From Nitrososphaerales archaeon (lineage in GTDB: Archaea > Thermoproteota > Nitrososphaeria > Nitrososphaerales > Gagatemarchaeaceae): DNA of 64,000 nt. Location of the stretch: contig DATLRR010000017.1 of NCBI GenBank assembly GCA_035534595.1, forward strand, positions 24,172-88,171, given 5' to 3'. This document shows, piece after piece, positions 52,326-61,215 of the stretch (position 1 is the stretch's first letter; each line of letters opens with the position of its first letter). Made by a program: the position numbers and the translations under genes. The notes beneath the pieces were generated by a model. It ran no database searches and was not told the origin of the DNA. It saw nothing but the letters and a program-made list of their open reading frames with translations.

Positions 52326-53912
52326 TTGGTCGACGAGAAAAAATTCATCCCCAAGACGATGACGACGCAGCACCCCGACAACGCGAACACTCCCCCCTGG
52401 GCGTCGTCCACCAACGGCGTGATCGAGGGAGAGACCGAGCTTGACGAGGCCTACATCGCCTACAGCAAGCTCGCCTGCAGCGAGGTAATGTGGGACTCCG
52501 AGGGGAAGGACGTCGACACGAACGTCGTCAGGAAGCTCCTCAGCAAGTACTCTGACTATTTCATGGACAACGTCTTCGGGCGCGACATCTTCCTGACATA
52601 CCGCATCCCCAACCCGCTCGTGGAGAAGGCCGAGCGGAAGATCGTGACCCAGACGCTCCAGTCCATCCCTCTCCAGGCCGACGTGGCGAGCGCCTTCTAC
52701 GAGAGGGAGACAGTCCCGGTCTCCGCAGTCATCCTGCCGTTCACGACCAAGGGGGCCGAGCTCCTCTGGCTCGACAGGTGCTACGGCAAGGCGATCGCCG
52801 GGATCGAAGACATCAGCCTCGGCGGCGCGATGAAGGTCAAGGACTGGGTGGGCTCGTTCATGCCGAAGAAGATCGACGCCATCCCCCTGGTCGAGGACGC
52901 CGTGAGCCTGATGTCCATGGACAAGATTGTGCTCGAGTACGTCAAGGCCGTGAAGCCGGAGGTCATGCGGGTCTTCATAGCGAGGTCTGACCCCGCGCTC
53001 AACTACGGCCTGATCACCGCCGTGCTGCTCTCCAAGGTCGCCCTCGGCAAGCTATCGCAGGTGCAGAAGAAGACGGGGGTGAGGGTGAACCCGATCCTCG
53101 GCGTGGGGACGATGCCCTTCAGGGGGCACCTCAACCCCGAGAACGTGGAGAACTTCCTCACAGAGTACAAGGGCCTCTCCACCGTCACAATCCAGTCCGC
53201 GTTCCGCTACGACTACCCGTCCGACGCCGTCGAGAGGGGGATCGCGACCCTGAACCAGCGGCTCCCGAACGGGGAGCTTACGGAGATAGACGAGGAGGAG
53301 GTCTTGCTGCTCGAGAGCGCGATGAAGAAGCTGATACCGGTCTTCCAGTCGAGGGTCGAGATACTGGCGCCTCTCATCAACTACGTGGCCTCCTTCATCC
53401 CGACCAGGAGGGCCCGAAAGCTGCACATCGGGCTCTTCGGCTACAGCAGGAGGGTGAAGGGCGTCACCATGCCGAGGGCCATCCCGTTCGCCGCCGCCTT
53501 CTACTCTCTCGGCATCCCGCCCGAGTTCATCGGCGCCCAGGCGCTGCGCTCGCTCACCGACAAGGAGTTCGAGGCGGTGAAGCACTCCTACAGGGGCATC
53601 CAGTTCGACTACCGCGTCGCCGGCTCCCTGGTGTCGTGGGAGACCGTCCACCTCCTCGTCGACAAGTACGACCTGATGGCGAAGTTCACGCAGATGAACA
53701 AGGAGAAGCTGAAGACCGCCCTCAGATACGTGATGGCTGACCTCTCCACCATCGAGGAGACCCTCTCGCTCCCTCTCGGGCCCTCCGACAACCGGTCCAA
53801 GAAGCACGAGAACTTCGTGAACACCTTCATGATGTGCGCCATGGACGGCGAAAGGCCAAGCGCCTCAAACGCTTTCATAGAAGCGGCCAAGCTCAGAAGA
53901 TGTCTGGGTTAG
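52326..53912 (+). CDS. ppcA: archaeal-type phosphoenolpyruvate carboxylase
   Basis: IPKTMTTQHPDNA near the N-terminus, about 528 aa. TTG start. Confidence 0.85.
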   Translation: MVDEKKFIPKTMTTQHPDNANTPPWASSTNGVIEGETELDEAYIAYSKLACSEVMWDSEGKDVDTNVVRKLLSKYSDYFMDNVFGRDIFLTYRIPNPLVEKAERKIVTQTLQSIPLQADVASAFYERETVPVSAVILPFTTKGAELLWLDRCYGKAIAGIEDISLGGAMKVKDWVGSFMPKKIDAIPLVEDAVSLMSMDKIVLEYVKAVKPEVMRVFIARSDPALNYGLITAVLLSKVALGKLSQVQKKTGVRVNPILGVGTMPFRGHLNPENVENFLTEYKGLSTVTIQSAFRYDYPSDAVERGIATLNQRLPNGELTEIDEEEVLLLESAMKKLIPVFQSRVEILAPLINYVASFIPTRRARKLHIGLFGYSRRVKGVTMPRAIPFAAAFYSLGIPPEFIGAQALRSLTDKEFEAVKHSYRGIQFDYRVAGSLVSWETVHLLVDKYDLMAKFTQMNKEKLKTALRYVMADLSTIEETLSLPLGPSDNRSKKHENFVNTFMMCAMDGERPSASNAFIEAAKLRRCLG

Positions 53913-53925
53913 TCGGGTTGGCGGA

Positions 53926-54810
53926 ATGAGAAAGGAGAGCAAGCGCGGGCACAGCGGCGGCGATGGCGCGCGCCGCGAGGTGACGCTAGGCCTCGTCCAG
54001 ATGAAGATGGGGGGAGACCACGAGGCCAACCTCTCCAAGGCCGTGGCCATGGTCGGCGAGGCGTCGAAGTTGGGAGCCTCCATCGTCTGCCTCCCGGAGC
54101 TCTTCGCGTACCGCTACTTCCCCCAGGAGAAAGGCGCCAGGGTCAGCCCCGAGCCCGTCCCGGGGCCCACGACTAGGCGCCTCTCCGAGACCGCGCGCGA
54201 GTCCGAGGTAACGCTGGTCGGCGGCTCGCTCTACGAGAAGGCGCCCGGCGGCCGCCTCTACAACACCTCGGTGGTCTTCGACGAGCGCGGCCGGATGCTC
54301 GGCAAGTACAGGAAGGTCCAGGTCCCCCAGGACGAGTCCTTCTACGAGAAGGACTACTTCTCCAGCGGGGGCGCTTACAGCGTCTTCGAGGCGTCCTCGA
54401 CAAAGATAGGGGTCCTGATCTGCTTCGACCAGTGGTACCCGGAGCCCGCGAGGGTGAACAAGCTGATGGGGGCGGAGGTCCTCTTCTATCCGACGGCGAT
54501 AGGACGGGTCGACGGGATAGAGGAGACGGAGGGAGACTGGCACGAGGCCTGGGAGGCGGTCCAGCGCGGGCACGCCATAGCGAACAGCATGGTCGTCGCG
54601 GCCGTAAACCGCGTCGGCAGAGAAGGTCGGATGAGCTTCTGGGGGGGCTCCTTCGTATGCGACCAGTTCGGGAAGGTCCTGGCGCGGGCCGACGACAGGG
54701 AGCAGGTCGTAGTGGCCTCGTGCGACCTAGAGCTTGGGCGGCAGGTCGAGGAGGGGTGGGGCTTCCTGAGAAACAGGAAGCCGGCGACCTACCGCAGGCT
54801 GGCAAGCTAG
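53926..54810 (+). CDS. aguB: N-carbamoylputrescine amidase (CN-hydrolase family)
   Basis: The E...K...C triad context (CLPELF, YRKVQVP, VLICFDQWYPE), adjacent to aguA. Confidence 0.8.
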   Translation: MRKESKRGHSGGDGARREVTLGLVQMKMGGDHEANLSKAVAMVGEASKLGASIVCLPELFAYRYFPQEKGARVSPEPVPGPTTRRLSETARESEVTLVGGSLYEKAPGGRLYNTSVVFDERGRMLGKYRKVQVPQDESFYEKDYFSSGGAYSVFEASSTKIGVLICFDQWYPEPARVNKLMGAEVLFYPTAIGRVDGIEETEGDWHEAWEAVQRGHAIANSMVVAAVNRVGREGRMSFWGGSFVCDQFGKVLARADDREQVVVASCDLELGRQVEEGWGFLRNRKPATYRRLAS

Positions 54811-54819
54811 GGACCTCGC

Positions 54820-55863
54820 ATGTCGAAGGCGAGGACCCCGTCAGAGCTCGGATTCTCTATGCCCGCGGAGTGGGCGAGGCACGACTCCACCTGGCTCTCC
54901 TGGCCGAAGAACCCTCTCACGTTCCCGCCGGAGGCCCTCCGGAAGGTGGAGGCGGCGTACGTGGAGATAATCGAAGCCCTCGCCCACGGGGAGCGGGTCG
55001 ACCTCCTCGTGGACGACGAGCGGGCGGAGGACCGCGTGCGGTCGATGCTCTCCACGAGTGAGGTGGCCTTCCACAAGATCGAGAGTGCCGACGTCTGGAT
55101 CCGAGACTACGGCCCGGTCTTCGTGAGGAAGAGCGGAAGAGGCGAATCCGTCGCGGCTACGAAGTGGAAGTTCAACGCCTGGGGCTGCAAGTACGACGAC
55201 CTGCTGATGGACGACGCGACCGGGCTCGAGGTCGCGAGGTCGACGGGGCTCAGGGTCTTCGAGACCGGGGTCGTCCTGGAGGGCGGCTCGATAGACGTGA
55301 ACGGGAGGGGCGCCCTGCTGACCTCCGAGCAGTGCCTCCTCAACAAGAACCGCAACCCCCAGCTGGGAAAGGCCCAGCTCGAGCGGCTACTTTGCGACTA
55401 CCTCGGGGCAGAGAGCGTGGTGTGGCTGGGTGAAGGGGTCGCGGGCGACGACACCGACGGCCACGTCGACGACATCGCCCGGTTCGTGAACGAGGACACG
55501 GTCGTCTGCATGACCGAGCCAGACGCCGGAGACGTAAACCACTCGGCGCTGAAGCGGGATTTCGCCCTGCTCTCGAGGCACAAGGACGGCAACGGCCGTC
55601 GCTTCGAGGTGGTCCCGATAGAGATGCCCCGCAAGGTCGAAGCCGACGGAGGGAGGCTCCCGGCGAGCTACGCGAACTTCTACGTCGGAAACTCGGCCGT
55701 GCTCGTGCCGGTGTTCGGCGACGCGAGGAGAGACACCGCGGCCCTGGAGACGCTCTCGGAGTTCTTCCAGGGCAGGAGGATGGTCCCCGTCGACTGCAGG
55801 GAGCTCGTATACGGGTTCGGCGGCATCCACTGCGTCAGCCAGCAGCAGCCCGCGCCCGGCTAG
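54820..55863 (+). CDS. aguA: agmatine deiminase
   Basis: FSMPAEWARHDSTWLSWP, DDTDGHVDD, GGIHCVSQQQP. Confidence 0.9.
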   Translation: MSKARTPSELGFSMPAEWARHDSTWLSWPKNPLTFPPEALRKVEAAYVEIIEALAHGERVDLLVDDERAEDRVRSMLSTSEVAFHKIESADVWIRDYGPVFVRKSGRGESVAATKWKFNAWGCKYDDLLMDDATGLEVARSTGLRVFETGVVLEGGSIDVNGRGALLTSEQCLLNKNRNPQLGKAQLERLLCDYLGAESVVWLGEGVAGDDTDGHVDDIARFVNEDTVVCMTEPDAGDVNHSALKRDFALLSRHKDGNGRRFEVVPIEMPRKVEADGGRLPASYANFYVGNSAVLVPVFGDARRDTAALETLSEFFQGRRMVPVDCRELVYGFGGIHCVSQQQPAPG

Positions 55864-56237
55864 AGGAAGCCCCAGCTTCGCTTGACCCGGGGGCACACCT
55901 TGACGTAGCCCCGGCCGCCCTCGCTCCCCAGCTCCGCCACGCCCCTCACCTCCAGCCCGCGAGGCCTCCACGGGCTGACGGTCACGAGGTCGTCTACCAC
56001 GAGAGCGACCTTCTTGTTATCGACGAGGTTCTTGAACTTCAGGCTCTTCTCCAGATTCCACCCGGTGAAGTAGAACGCGGTCCCGTCGAACTCGTATACG
56101 ACCGGGACCACGTGAGGCTCCCCCTCGCTGGAGGCGGTCGCGACCCTCGCTAGCCTGCTCTGGGTGAGGAACGCGACCTCCTCGTCGGTGAATTTGACTA
56201 CGCCGACATTCTTGCTGACGAGGCCCTTGCTCTTCAT
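55860..56237 (-). CDS. PPOX-class (pyridoxamine-5'-phosphate-oxidase fold) probable F420-dependent oxidoreductase
   Basis: LARVATASSEGEPHVVPVVYEFDG...ALVVDD...PRGLEVRG. Confidence 0.75.
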   Translation of the reverse strand: MKSKGLVSKNVGVVKFTDEEVAFLTQSRLARVATASSEGEPHVVPVVYEFDGTAFYFTGWNLEKSLKFKNLVDNKKVALVVDDLVTVSPWRPRGLEVRGVAELGSEGGRGYVKVCPRVKRSWGFL

Positions 56238-56306
56238 GAGCCGAAGACGGGCGGCGCCCGCTAATATGTCTGGCAGTTCTGCGCTTGTGAGTAGGTCTTG
56301 CCGGCG

Positions 56307-56666
56307 CTACTGGCCCTTGGCTTCCTGCGGCTTGCCCCACTTCACGGCCCAGTCTGCGAACTCGGCCAAGATGGCGTGCAGCTCCCAGCCCTTCTTGGTG
56401 AGCGAGTACTCCACCCTGGGGGGCGAGTCGGGGAAGACCTTGCGCTGAACGATGCCCTGGCGCTCGAGCTCGCTCAGCCTCTCGGTCAGGCTCGTCGCGC
56501 TGATGCCCTCCGTCCGCCTCTTCAGCTCGTTGAACCTGGCGGGCTCCTTCAGCCCGAGGCTGTGGATCACGGGCAGCGTCCAGACCTTCGTCAGCTGGTT
56601 CCACGTGCCGTGGACTGTCTTGCATCCGTCCAGGACTTCCTGGGTTATCTGCTTCGCTTCACTCAA
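56307..56666 (-). CDS. HxlR-family transcriptional regulator
   Basis: RFNELKRRTEGISATSLTERLSELERQGIVQRKV...PPRVEYSLTKKG. Confidence 0.85.
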   Translation of the reverse strand: MSEAKQITQEVLDGCKTVHGTWNQLTKVWTLPVIHSLGLKEPARFNELKRRTEGISATSLTERLSELERQGIVQRKVFPDSPPRVEYSLTKKGWELHAILAEFADWAVKWGKPQEAKGQ

Positions 56667-56734
56667 CTTTGCTTCGCCTATCTAGTAAATAGAAGCAACT
56701 AAGTATATAAACCTGATTGCACCATTGCGCGTCT

Positions 56735-56757
56735 CCTTGCGTCTGCCATACGCAAGG
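56735..56757 (+). promoter_or_regulatory. 8-bp stem hairpin / inverted repeat CCTTGCGT-n7-ACGCAAGG between the HxlR and cupredoxin genes
   Basis: Perfect inverted repeat downstream of the TATA-like AAGTATATAAA (56701..56711). GCGTCT is also directly repeated. Confidence 0.3.
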
Positions 56758-56800
56758 CCGGTCATGCTCAGGTCATTCCGCGGGCCTGAGGAATCAATGA

Positions 56801-57364
56801 TTCTTCCAAGTTTATGCCGACTTTACGGTCATCCTTGTCGCAGGTGCATTCGCCGCCGGCGTATTCACCCGACCCGAATCTCAGACCACGACGGCCAGCA
56901 GCGCGTCCCTGACTTCGACCTTCCTCCACCCTCCCTCTTCGACGACCAGTCCTTCCACGAGCAGCGCGGCTTCGTCCTCCACGCGCGGTTCGACTTCTAA
57001 CGTGACGTCGACGAAGAGCTCATCATCGTCCACGACGAACGCGACCTCATCCGCCTCGACCCAGCCCGGGACAGGCCAGATCGTCCTGCCTGAGGACGTG
57101 GGGGACAACGAATCGCTCAACTTCACGCCCTCGAAGGTCAAGGTCGTGATAGGTGTGAACAACACCATCGTGTGGAACGACCTGGACTATGTCCAGCACA
57201 CCGTCAAGTCGGTCAGCGTCCCCAGCGGGGCGAAGACCTGGAACTCTGGGATCCTGAACGAGGGGCAGACCTTCACCGTCGTGCTCACCGTCCCTGGGAG
57301 CTACAAGTACGTCTGCTCGATCCACCCGGACTGGATGGTGGGGACCATCCAAGTGCTCCCTTGA
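56801..57364 (+). CDS. membrane-anchored cupredoxin (plastocyanin/amicyanin-like blue copper protein), start unresolved
   Basis: The TM FTVILVAGAFAAGVF is followed by a Ser/Thr-rich linker, then QHTV...YKYVCSIHPDWM (His, Cys, His, Met ligands). The only canonical in-frame start (GTG 57002) would delete the anchor. Confidence 0.75.
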   Translation, partial: FFQVYADFTVILVAGAFAAGVFTRPESQTTTASSASLTSTFLHPPSSTTSPSTSSAASSSTRGSTSNVTSTKSSSSSTTNATSSASTQPGTGQIVLPEDVGDNESLNFTPSKVKVVIGVNNTIVWNDLDYVQHTVKSVSVPSGAKTWNSGILNEGQTFTVVLTVPGSYKYVCSIHPDWMVGTIQVLP

Positions 57365-57421
57365 CGCCGTGGCACATGGGCCCAAGGAATTGATTTTAAG
57401 GGGCCGGGCCCGCACGCGACC

Positions 57422-58075
57422 ATGCCGGCCACCCGCAGCCAGAGAGGAATCCAGGGCCACCCAGGTCGGGAAGCGAAGCGGGCACTCATCGTCGTCGACG
57501 TACAAAGGGACTTCTGCCCTGGCGGAGCTCTGCAGGTCGCCGACGGGGACAAGATAATCCCTGCGGTCAACGAGCTGGTCCGCGCCTTCGAAAGGGCAGG
57601 CCTGCCGATCTTCTTCACGCGAGACTGGCACCCGATGAACCACGTCTCGTTCAGGGCCAACGGAGGTCCGTGGCCGCAGCATTGCGTCCGGAACACGCCG
57701 GGAGCCGGCTTCCATCCGTCGCTCGCCGTTCCCGCCCTCGCCGAAGTGATAGACAAGGGAACCCTGCAAGGCGAAGACGCGTACTCGGGCTTCCAGGGAA
57801 CCGACCTGGCGCAGAGGCTGCTGGGTCTTCACGTGAAGCAAATCTATGTAGCTGGGCTTGCGACCGACTACTGCGTCAAGAACACTGTGCTGGACGGGGC
57901 AGCGCAGGGCTTCGAGACATACGTCATAACCGACTGCGTGAAGGGGGTGAACCTCAAGCGGACCGACTCCGCCACCGCCCTGAGAACCATGCTCTCGCGA
58001 GGGGGTAGGCCTACGACCAGCGGCCGCCTTGTGAAGAGCCTGTGGCTGCGGGCCACAGTCCCGCATCCGTCCTGA
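57422..58075 (+). CDS. pncA: nicotinamidase/pyrazinamidase (isochorismatase family)
   Basis: ALIVVDVQRDFCPGGAL, TRDWHP, GLATDYCV. Confidence 0.85.
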   Translation: MPATRSQRGIQGHPGREAKRALIVVDVQRDFCPGGALQVADGDKIIPAVNELVRAFERAGLPIFFTRDWHPMNHVSFRANGGPWPQHCVRNTPGAGFHPSLAVPALAEVIDKGTLQGEDAYSGFQGTDLAQRLLGLHVKQIYVAGLATDYCVKNTVLDGAAQGFETYVITDCVKGVNLKRTDSATALRTMLSRGGRPTTSGRLVKSLWLRATVPHPS

Positions 58076-58093
58076 GGAGCCGGCCGCCGAGCC

Positions 58094-59473
58094 TCACGAC
58101 CGGCGGACTATCGCGCGCATCGCCAGGTCCCCCGCCCTGAGCGCGAGCCCGTCCTCGCCGAGCCGGCAGGCGAGCTGGATGGCGGTGGGCAACTCGGAGG
58201 CTCCGGGGTTCGAGGGGATGCTCAGGGCGGGGAAGCCGCAGAGGTTGAAGACCTCCGTGTTCTGAAGGAGCTGGCGCCTGAGGCTCCCGGCCTCCTTCCC
58301 CAGCACGTCGTCGAGCCTCGGCGCCACGATCCTGGTGGTGGGCGTCGCGAGGGCGTCCAGCCCCTTCAAGAGGCGCCCGAAGACGCGGATCGACTCCAGC
58401 CTGACCAGGTTGGCCCCCAGGTAGCGGAGATGGCCCACCCGCATGCCACGGCCCAGCAGCGTCACCACGTCCGGGTTCATCCTGGCAGAGACCCTCTCAG
58501 AGCTCGCCAGCTCCTCGTAGAACCAGGCGGCCTCCTTGAGCTGGATGGCGCCCCTCGCCCTTGTGAACCTCTCGAAGCCCGAGTCCGTCGGGACCTCTAC
58601 CGCCACGAAGTCCCCGGACGCCTCCATCCGGTCGATGGCCTTCCAGAAGTTCTTCGAGACCTTCCCCTCCGTCTCCTCCTGAAAGTGCCCCGTCAGGACA
58701 CCTACCTTGATCCTCGCGCGGCCGCGCCTGGCCGGTCCGCGGGGGCTTCGCCCCCCCGTGAGCTGCTCGAAGGCCTTCGCCATGTCGGGCATGGTCCTCG
58801 TGAGCAGCCCCGCGTGGTCGAGCGTCGCGCTGAGAGGAAAGATCCCCTCGAGACTCAGCGACCCGAGCGTGGGCTTGAACCCCATGATCCCGCAGAGGGC
58901 GGCGGGGATCCTGATGGAGCCGCCGGTGTCCGTGCCGAGGCCCAAGACTGCTCCCTTCGAGAGCGCTACGGCGACCGCGGACCCCCCGCTGGAGCCGCCT
59001 GCCACCCTCTCGACGTCGTGGGGGTTCCTCACAGGCCCGAAGTACGAAGCCGCGGACGTCCCCCCCAGCGCTAGCTCGTGCATGTTCGTCTTGCCCAGAG
59101 GTATGCAACCGAGCCCCATCGCGTCGTCGACTAACTCGGCGTTGAGTGTCGGGACGAAGTCCTTGAAGTAGTATGTCGCCGCGGTCGTCGGAAACCCGCC
59201 GAGAAACATGTTGTCCTTGATCGCGAGGGGCACCCCGAACAGCCCGGTGGCCTTCTGGCGCTTGCGCGCCCGGAGCCCCGCGTCGAGCTCGCGCGCCCTA
59301 GAGATTGCGAGCCCCCGTCGGCCTCCCAGGACCGTGATGAAGGCGTTGAGCCTCTGGTTGTAGCGCCCTATGTTGTCGAGCTCATCTCCGACCCTGCTCT
59401 CGCAGGTCGTCCTGCCTTGGCCGAGGGCGTCGTGATACGCCGAGAATTCGGACTCTAGGAAGACTGCTTTCGT
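58094..59473 (-). CDS. amidase-signature family amidohydrolase (GatA-like); the N-terminal about 80 aa lack a canonical start codon
   Basis: GGSSGGSAVAVA and LFGVPLAIKDN. The in-frame upstream RLNAFITVL...ELDAGL region (59234..59473) is typical of the amidase N-terminus. The track ORF begins only at GTG 59233. Confidence 0.8.
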   Translation of the reverse strand, partial: TKAVFLESEFSAYHDALGQGRTTCESRVGDELDNIGRYNQRLNAFITVLGGRRGLAISRARELDAGLRARKRQKATGLFGVPLAIKDNMFLGGFPTTAATYYFKDFVPTLNAELVDDAMGLGCIPLGKTNMHELALGGTSAASYFGPVRNPHDVERVAGGSSGGSAVAVALSKGAVLGLGTDTGGSIRIPAALCGIMGFKPTLGSLSLEGIFPLSATLDHAGLLTRTMPDMAKAFEQLTGGRSPRGPARRGRARIKVGVLTGHFQEETEGKVSKNFWKAIDRMEASGDFVAVEVPTDSGFERFTRARGAIQLKEAAWFYEELASSERVSARMNPDVVTLLGRGMRVGHLRYLGANLVRLESIRVFGRLLKGLDALATPTTRIVAPRLDDVLGKEAGSLRRQLLQNTEVFNLCGFPALSIPSNPGASELPTAIQLACRLGEDGLALRAGDLAMRAIVRRS

Positions 59474-59567
59474 GGCCGGAGAACCTCCGCCGGCCTATTA
59501 ATTAGATTCGATTAAGAAAAAGAGGAGGAAGGCGCGGCCAGGTGACCGGCCGCCCTTCAGAGCACAT

Positions 59568-60293
59568 CTACTTGTGGTCCCGGGATTGGCCTTGTCCGCC
59601 CTGGACGGGTTGCTGGCTGCTGTTCGCGACCGGGAATGGGGGAGAGACTATGGTGCCCTGCCCGGTCTGGAGCACTAGCGTGCTATGGCCAGGGTTTGAC
59701 GAGGTGTCGAAGATCTGGATGGATACGACGTACGTGCCCGTCTTCAGGAGGACTTGGTTCTGCGTCTGCCCCGAGCCTTCAGGCCCGGTCACCATGTTCC
59801 CCAGCGTGTAGCTCGTGCCGTTGGCTACGAGGACCACGTTGTACTGGGTCACCGGCGTCGCATATCGCAGAAGGACTTGGACGCTGAATACGCCCCCGAC
59901 GGTCGTGATCGACGCGTAGCATCCCTTCCCGTTGGTGAAGGAGACGCTGCCCGTCGAAGGTCCGGCGGCGGTTATCGGCAGGACGAGCCTGCCGGCTTTG
60001 CCCGTTGACGGAGCCTGGCACAGCGTGTGGTTCGCACTGACCGTCGTGTACGTCGCGGAGATCGTACTAGTGGTGGAAGTCGAAGTGGAGAACGTCGTCA
60101 CGGTATCCGTAGACGTGAACAACGACGACGTCTGGTTGTTGCCCTGGGCGTCCGAAGCGCCGGGAGCGGCCGCGGCCGGCGTTCCCGAGCCTGGCGAGAA
60201 CTGGTTTTGTGCGTACGCACCGATCCCGCCCGAGATTAGGACGAGCATCGCTGCGACAGTGAGGATCTGCAGCTTGCCTGCGTTGACTTGCAT
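59568..60293 (-). CDS. secreted/anchored hypothetical protein with Ser/Thr-rich region
   Basis: Signal-anchor LQILTVAAMLVLISGGIGAYA, an S/T tract, then a Cys-containing globular domain. Confidence 0.65.
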   Translation of the reverse strand: MQVNAGKLQILTVAAMLVLISGGIGAYAQNQFSPGSGTPAAAAPGASDAQGNNQTSSLFTSTDTVTTFSTSTSTTSTISATYTTVSANHTLCQAPSTGKAGRLVLPITAAGPSTGSVSFTNGKGCYASITTVGGVFSVQVLLRYATPVTQYNVVLVANGTSYTLGNMVTGPEGSGQTQNQVLLKTGTYVVSIQIFDTSSNPGHSTLVLQTGQGTIVSPPFPVANSSQQPVQGGQGQSRDHK

Positions 60294-60408
60294 GTTGCTT
60301 CATTATGCAGTCCCCATGACGTGATATAATCCACCGCATCCAGGAACTGGAATTCCAGAAAGATTTCAGCTTTCGGCGGGGAAACTGACGATTCTCTCCA
60401 AGGCCGTG

Positions 60409-60981
60409 CTAAAAGCCGGCGGAGGGGCTCCCGCCCTGGGCCTGGAACCGGAACTCCACGTAGGAGCCGGGAGGGAGGCCGAAGATGGAAGGACTCACCT
60501 GGCCCCGGAGCTCGTAGCCCGGCGCGGACGGTCCCCACGACGCGATGTAGTTGCTGTTGTACACGCCCGCCCAGACGGTGTCGTTGTCCTCCCAAGGGAG
60601 GAGGACCAAGTTTCCGGCCACAGTCATGGAGATGTGGCTCACGGAGATCGTGTAGTTGCTCATGACCAGCAGGTGGTTCTTGATGAGGTCGGTCCCAGAA
60701 AGGAACGTCAAGAGGACCGAACCGTTGCCGCTGCTCGCCGTCAGGGTCGCGTTGTAGGATGCCGTGGCGCTCGCGGTGGCGTTGGAGTACCCGCCCTCGT
60801 TGACGAAGAGGGTGCCGAACATGGTCCCTGCCTGCTTTGGGGAGAGCGCCACGTAGGCGACCCCGATGAACGCGACGGAAATTATTATCGCTCCGACCGA
60901 CAGGACGAGGAGCCAACTGCCGCTAACCGTCTTCGCTGGAACCAAACCCGAGCCCCCGTCGGCGCCAAATTGGCCCGCCAC
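60409..60981 (-). CDS. membrane-anchored hypothetical protein (190 aa)
   Basis: GTG 60981 is preceded by AATATTAAT. TM WLLVLSVGAIIISVAFIGVAYV, then an Asn/Ser/Thr-rich ectodomain. The upstream part of track ORF 60409..61302 looks non-coding. Confidence 0.55.
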   Translation of the reverse strand: MAGQFGADGGSGLVPAKTVSGSWLLVLSVGAIIISVAFIGVAYVALSPKQAGTMFGTLFVNEGGYSNATASATASYNATLTASSGNGSVLLTFLSGTDLIKNHLLVMSNYTISVSHISMTVAGNLVLLPWEDNDTVWAGVYNSNYIASWGPSAPGYELRGQVSPSIFGLPPGSYVEFRFQAQGGSPSAGF

Positions 60982-61215
60982 ATTAATATTCCTGAGAGGG
61001 GGCTCGCGACCGGATGCCGAGGAGGACCGGCAAGCTGATGAGGCACAGCAAGGTCTGCAAGCTGGAGGACGCGGGAGGCGGCGACACCAGTGGATGCGGG
61101 GGGGAGGCGGCGGCCTCCGCGCGAAGGTCATGAGCGAATCGACCAGAACTTCGCAGTCTTGTTGAGGAAAGCTGACACAGATGCCTATCGGCAGGGCCGC
61201 CGCCTCTACCCGCGT

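Noticed and set aside
52326-55863. PEP carboxylase plus aguB-aguA as a novel operon.
   Set aside because: These are ordinary central and polyamine metabolism genes with standard motifs. The adjacency of ppcA to aguBA has no evident functional meaning from sequence.
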